This document shows positions 50,560 to 52,577 of a DNA stretch of 52,577 nt, one piece after another; positions within the stretch are counted from its first letter, which is position 1; each line of letters opens with the position of its first letter. Made by a program: the position numbers and the translations under genes. The notes beneath the pieces are model-generated. The model did no database searches. It was given only the letters and a program-made list of their open reading frames with translations, and had not been told where the DNA came from. This stretch comes from Intoshia linei. Its lineage: Eukaryota > Animalia > Orthonectida. The stretch lies in assembly GCA_001642005.1 (NCBI GenBank), contig LWCA01000115.1, positions 1 to 52,577 of the forward strand, written 5' to 3'.

Positions 50560-51451
50560 TAATCGCGTTAAATGAGGCTAGTCTGTATTATCAAAATAAT
50601 TACAGTTCATGTCGCCATTTTAATAATCTACGATAGTCAGATTTAGTATTTAAATCTATTATATATGGATATATTTTGAATAGTACATTTTTTTTTACAA
50701 TAAACATAGTTTAATTTGGTTGATAATATATTCAATTTGGGAATACCTATCAATTAATCAAGTGCGATTAGGATTGTGTATAGAATTGGTGTATTTTTAA
50801 TAATTGAAACTTGATCAAAATTCCTATTCGAACAAGCACCCATTTTTATAATCGTATAAAAGTATTATTTCAAAATTGAAAATAAACTTTATTTTAGTTT
50901 TTATTTTGCGTTTCTTATTTTTTCTATGTATTAACTGCAAAAAGCTATATTATCTATGAATTTTTATAAAATATGACTTAATTTTTTCATTTAAGAAATA
51001 ATAGGTAATTTTGTATTTTCACGGCGTTATTTTTACAAATACACAAAAATACAAATGTAAATCCAATTTGAAAAAAATTTATTTTGACAAAATTTTCGAA
51101 TGTTGAAGTTTCCATAGTTCTCCCCACCTTATAATTTTTTTCTAAAATTCGAAAATTTAATGTATAGTTTCGGTTATAACGATGATAGAACTACATCGGT
51201 TCGGATAATTGTAACTTCTCAGTTACATGGAACCTACATTAAAAATAAAGTATAAACCCTCAGAGGTTATAACTGAAAAATAATTTTATTTACACGACAA
51301 TTTTCTTAAATATAGAACGACAAAAATATCCACGTCGAATTAAGTTGTTAATAGTAAATAAAGTTTTGAATTGTAAACAATTTATTTTCAATATTTAATT
51401 ATTTTGAATTTTTTTTAAAACTTTGTTTATCCAATAAATTGAAATTTTACA

Positions 51452-51900
51452 ATGGGAGCAGTGTGGAGTTATGTATTGAGTTTTTTGGGTAAAAAAGAAC
51501 GAAGAATTTTAATTTTAGGATTGGATAACGCTGGGAAAACCACAATTTTGTATCGATTACAAGTTGGTGAAGTCGTTACAACTATCCCAAGTAATTAATT
51601 ATTAATTCCAAGTTATTTTATATAAAAAATAAAATATTCAACTCAATTAATTATACTTTTAACTAGCAATCGGGTTTAATGTTGAATCTGTAAAGTACAA
51701 CAAACTGACGTTTCAATTATGGGATTTGGGTGGTCAAAGTAGTATAAGGTAAAACATTCATGTCGGATTATAATTTTGTTTAATATAGACCATATTGGCG
51801 CTGTTATTATGCCAATACTGATGTTATTATTTATGTTGTTGATAGTATGGATAGGGATAGAATGGTATTGTCTTCTAAAGAACTACAATTAATGTTGAAG
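51452..51900 (+). CDS. ARL1: ADP-ribosylation factor-like protein 1, exons 1-3 (gene continues past window)
   Basis: Exons 51452-51590, 51667-51748 and 51789-51900 give [35 protein letters not shown]|[16 protein letters not shown]|[20 protein letters not shown]. Confidence 0.95.
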
Positions 51901-51944
51901 GTTACTATTTTTATTTGGTAGATATAAATTTTATGTTATATGAA

Positions 51945-52360
51945 GTTAGCCCTATCCTTTAACACATGATTCACGATAAATGACATATATCTGATCTCTT
52001 AGAGTCTAAGAGACTTAGACCTTCTATTCTCCAAACTCTTCCTCACATCTTTCTTTATCAAGTTTAATGTGCGGTGCGTTGATCAGATTTAATCCAGAAG
52101 GGTTGTCATCAATTTGAGTAGATCAGAACGTATGTATTGTTTTGTTCTACACGAACCTGCAGTGAGGCTTAATGTTTTACAAAATTTGCTTTCTGTACTT
52201 TCATATACAGATTTCTAGAATGTTTCAAACTTTAACAAATAGGATCAGGAAACTGTTGAACTAGAAATCTACATAATGCGGTACCGCCTGGTCCAGGATC
52301 AAAAACGAGGAAGAAGTTCATCATTTGCAATACAATATCTTCTGATAGGAGTATATCTAT
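51945..52360 (-). pseudogene. Endogenous viral element: rhabdovirus-like (Mononegavirales) L polymerase fragment
   Basis: Decayed translation FLVFDPGPGGTALCRFLVQQFPDPIC*SLKHSRNLY / STESKFCKTLSLTAGSCRTKQYIRSDLLKL / DNPSGLNLI / LNLIKKDVRKSLE. It is collinear with recalled rhabdovirus L motifs LYLDPSxGG..LxRFxIRxFPDPVTESL..KLVEDPTSLNI..NLLKxEVKKxL. Confidence 0.8.
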
Positions 52361-52362
52361 TA

Positions 52363-52577
52363 CAGTGTTTCCCAACCTTTTAAGTGTCATGCCCCACTTT
52401 TATCCTTACGAAATTTCTACGCCCCACCATAATTTGTAACAAATATTTCCATAGTAGTGTCCTAACAGATTTTTTTATGCACATATGATTTGTTTCATAC
52501 AAAATGAATTAATGTGATTTTTCAGTTTGGTGTTTTTTGCAAAGATTTTCTATTTGAAGCACCATTTTTGTAATCTT
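52363..52577 (+). mobile_element. hAT/Charlie-like MITE left end
   Basis: CAGTGTTTCCCAACCTTT terminus followed by gcccc subterminal motifs. The right end lies outside the window. Confidence 0.6.

Overview
Eukaryotic (metazoan) nuclear DNA: very AT-rich, gene-dense, with many 30-50 nt GT-AG introns and a few kb-sized introns filled with transposon debris. This profile fits a compact lophotrochozoan-type genome such as an orthonectid (inference only). I assembled spliced gene models by hand: a LIV-1/SLC39 zinc transporter (+), RRP12 (-), a STAM-like VHS-SH3 protein (+), an acidic orphan (-), SLX4 (-), a small one-TM orphan (-), COQ8/ADCK3-4 (-), a nicotinic acetylcholine receptor subunit lacking the vicinal cysteines (-), an mTERF-like protein (-) and the 5' part of ARL1 (+). 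Between and inside the genes are about 10 copies of a ~1.2 kb non-autonomous Helitron family, hAT elements (one family with apparent 5-bp TSDs), and pogo, Tc1, MULE-like and hATm-like relics. The top finding is a ~340-420 bp decayed fragment antisense in ARL1 intron 3 that translates into motifs of the L polymerase of a rhabdovirus-like negative-strand RNA virus, i.e. a candidate endogenous viral element. Splice junctions are manual predictions, and family assignments rest on recalled motifs, not database searches.
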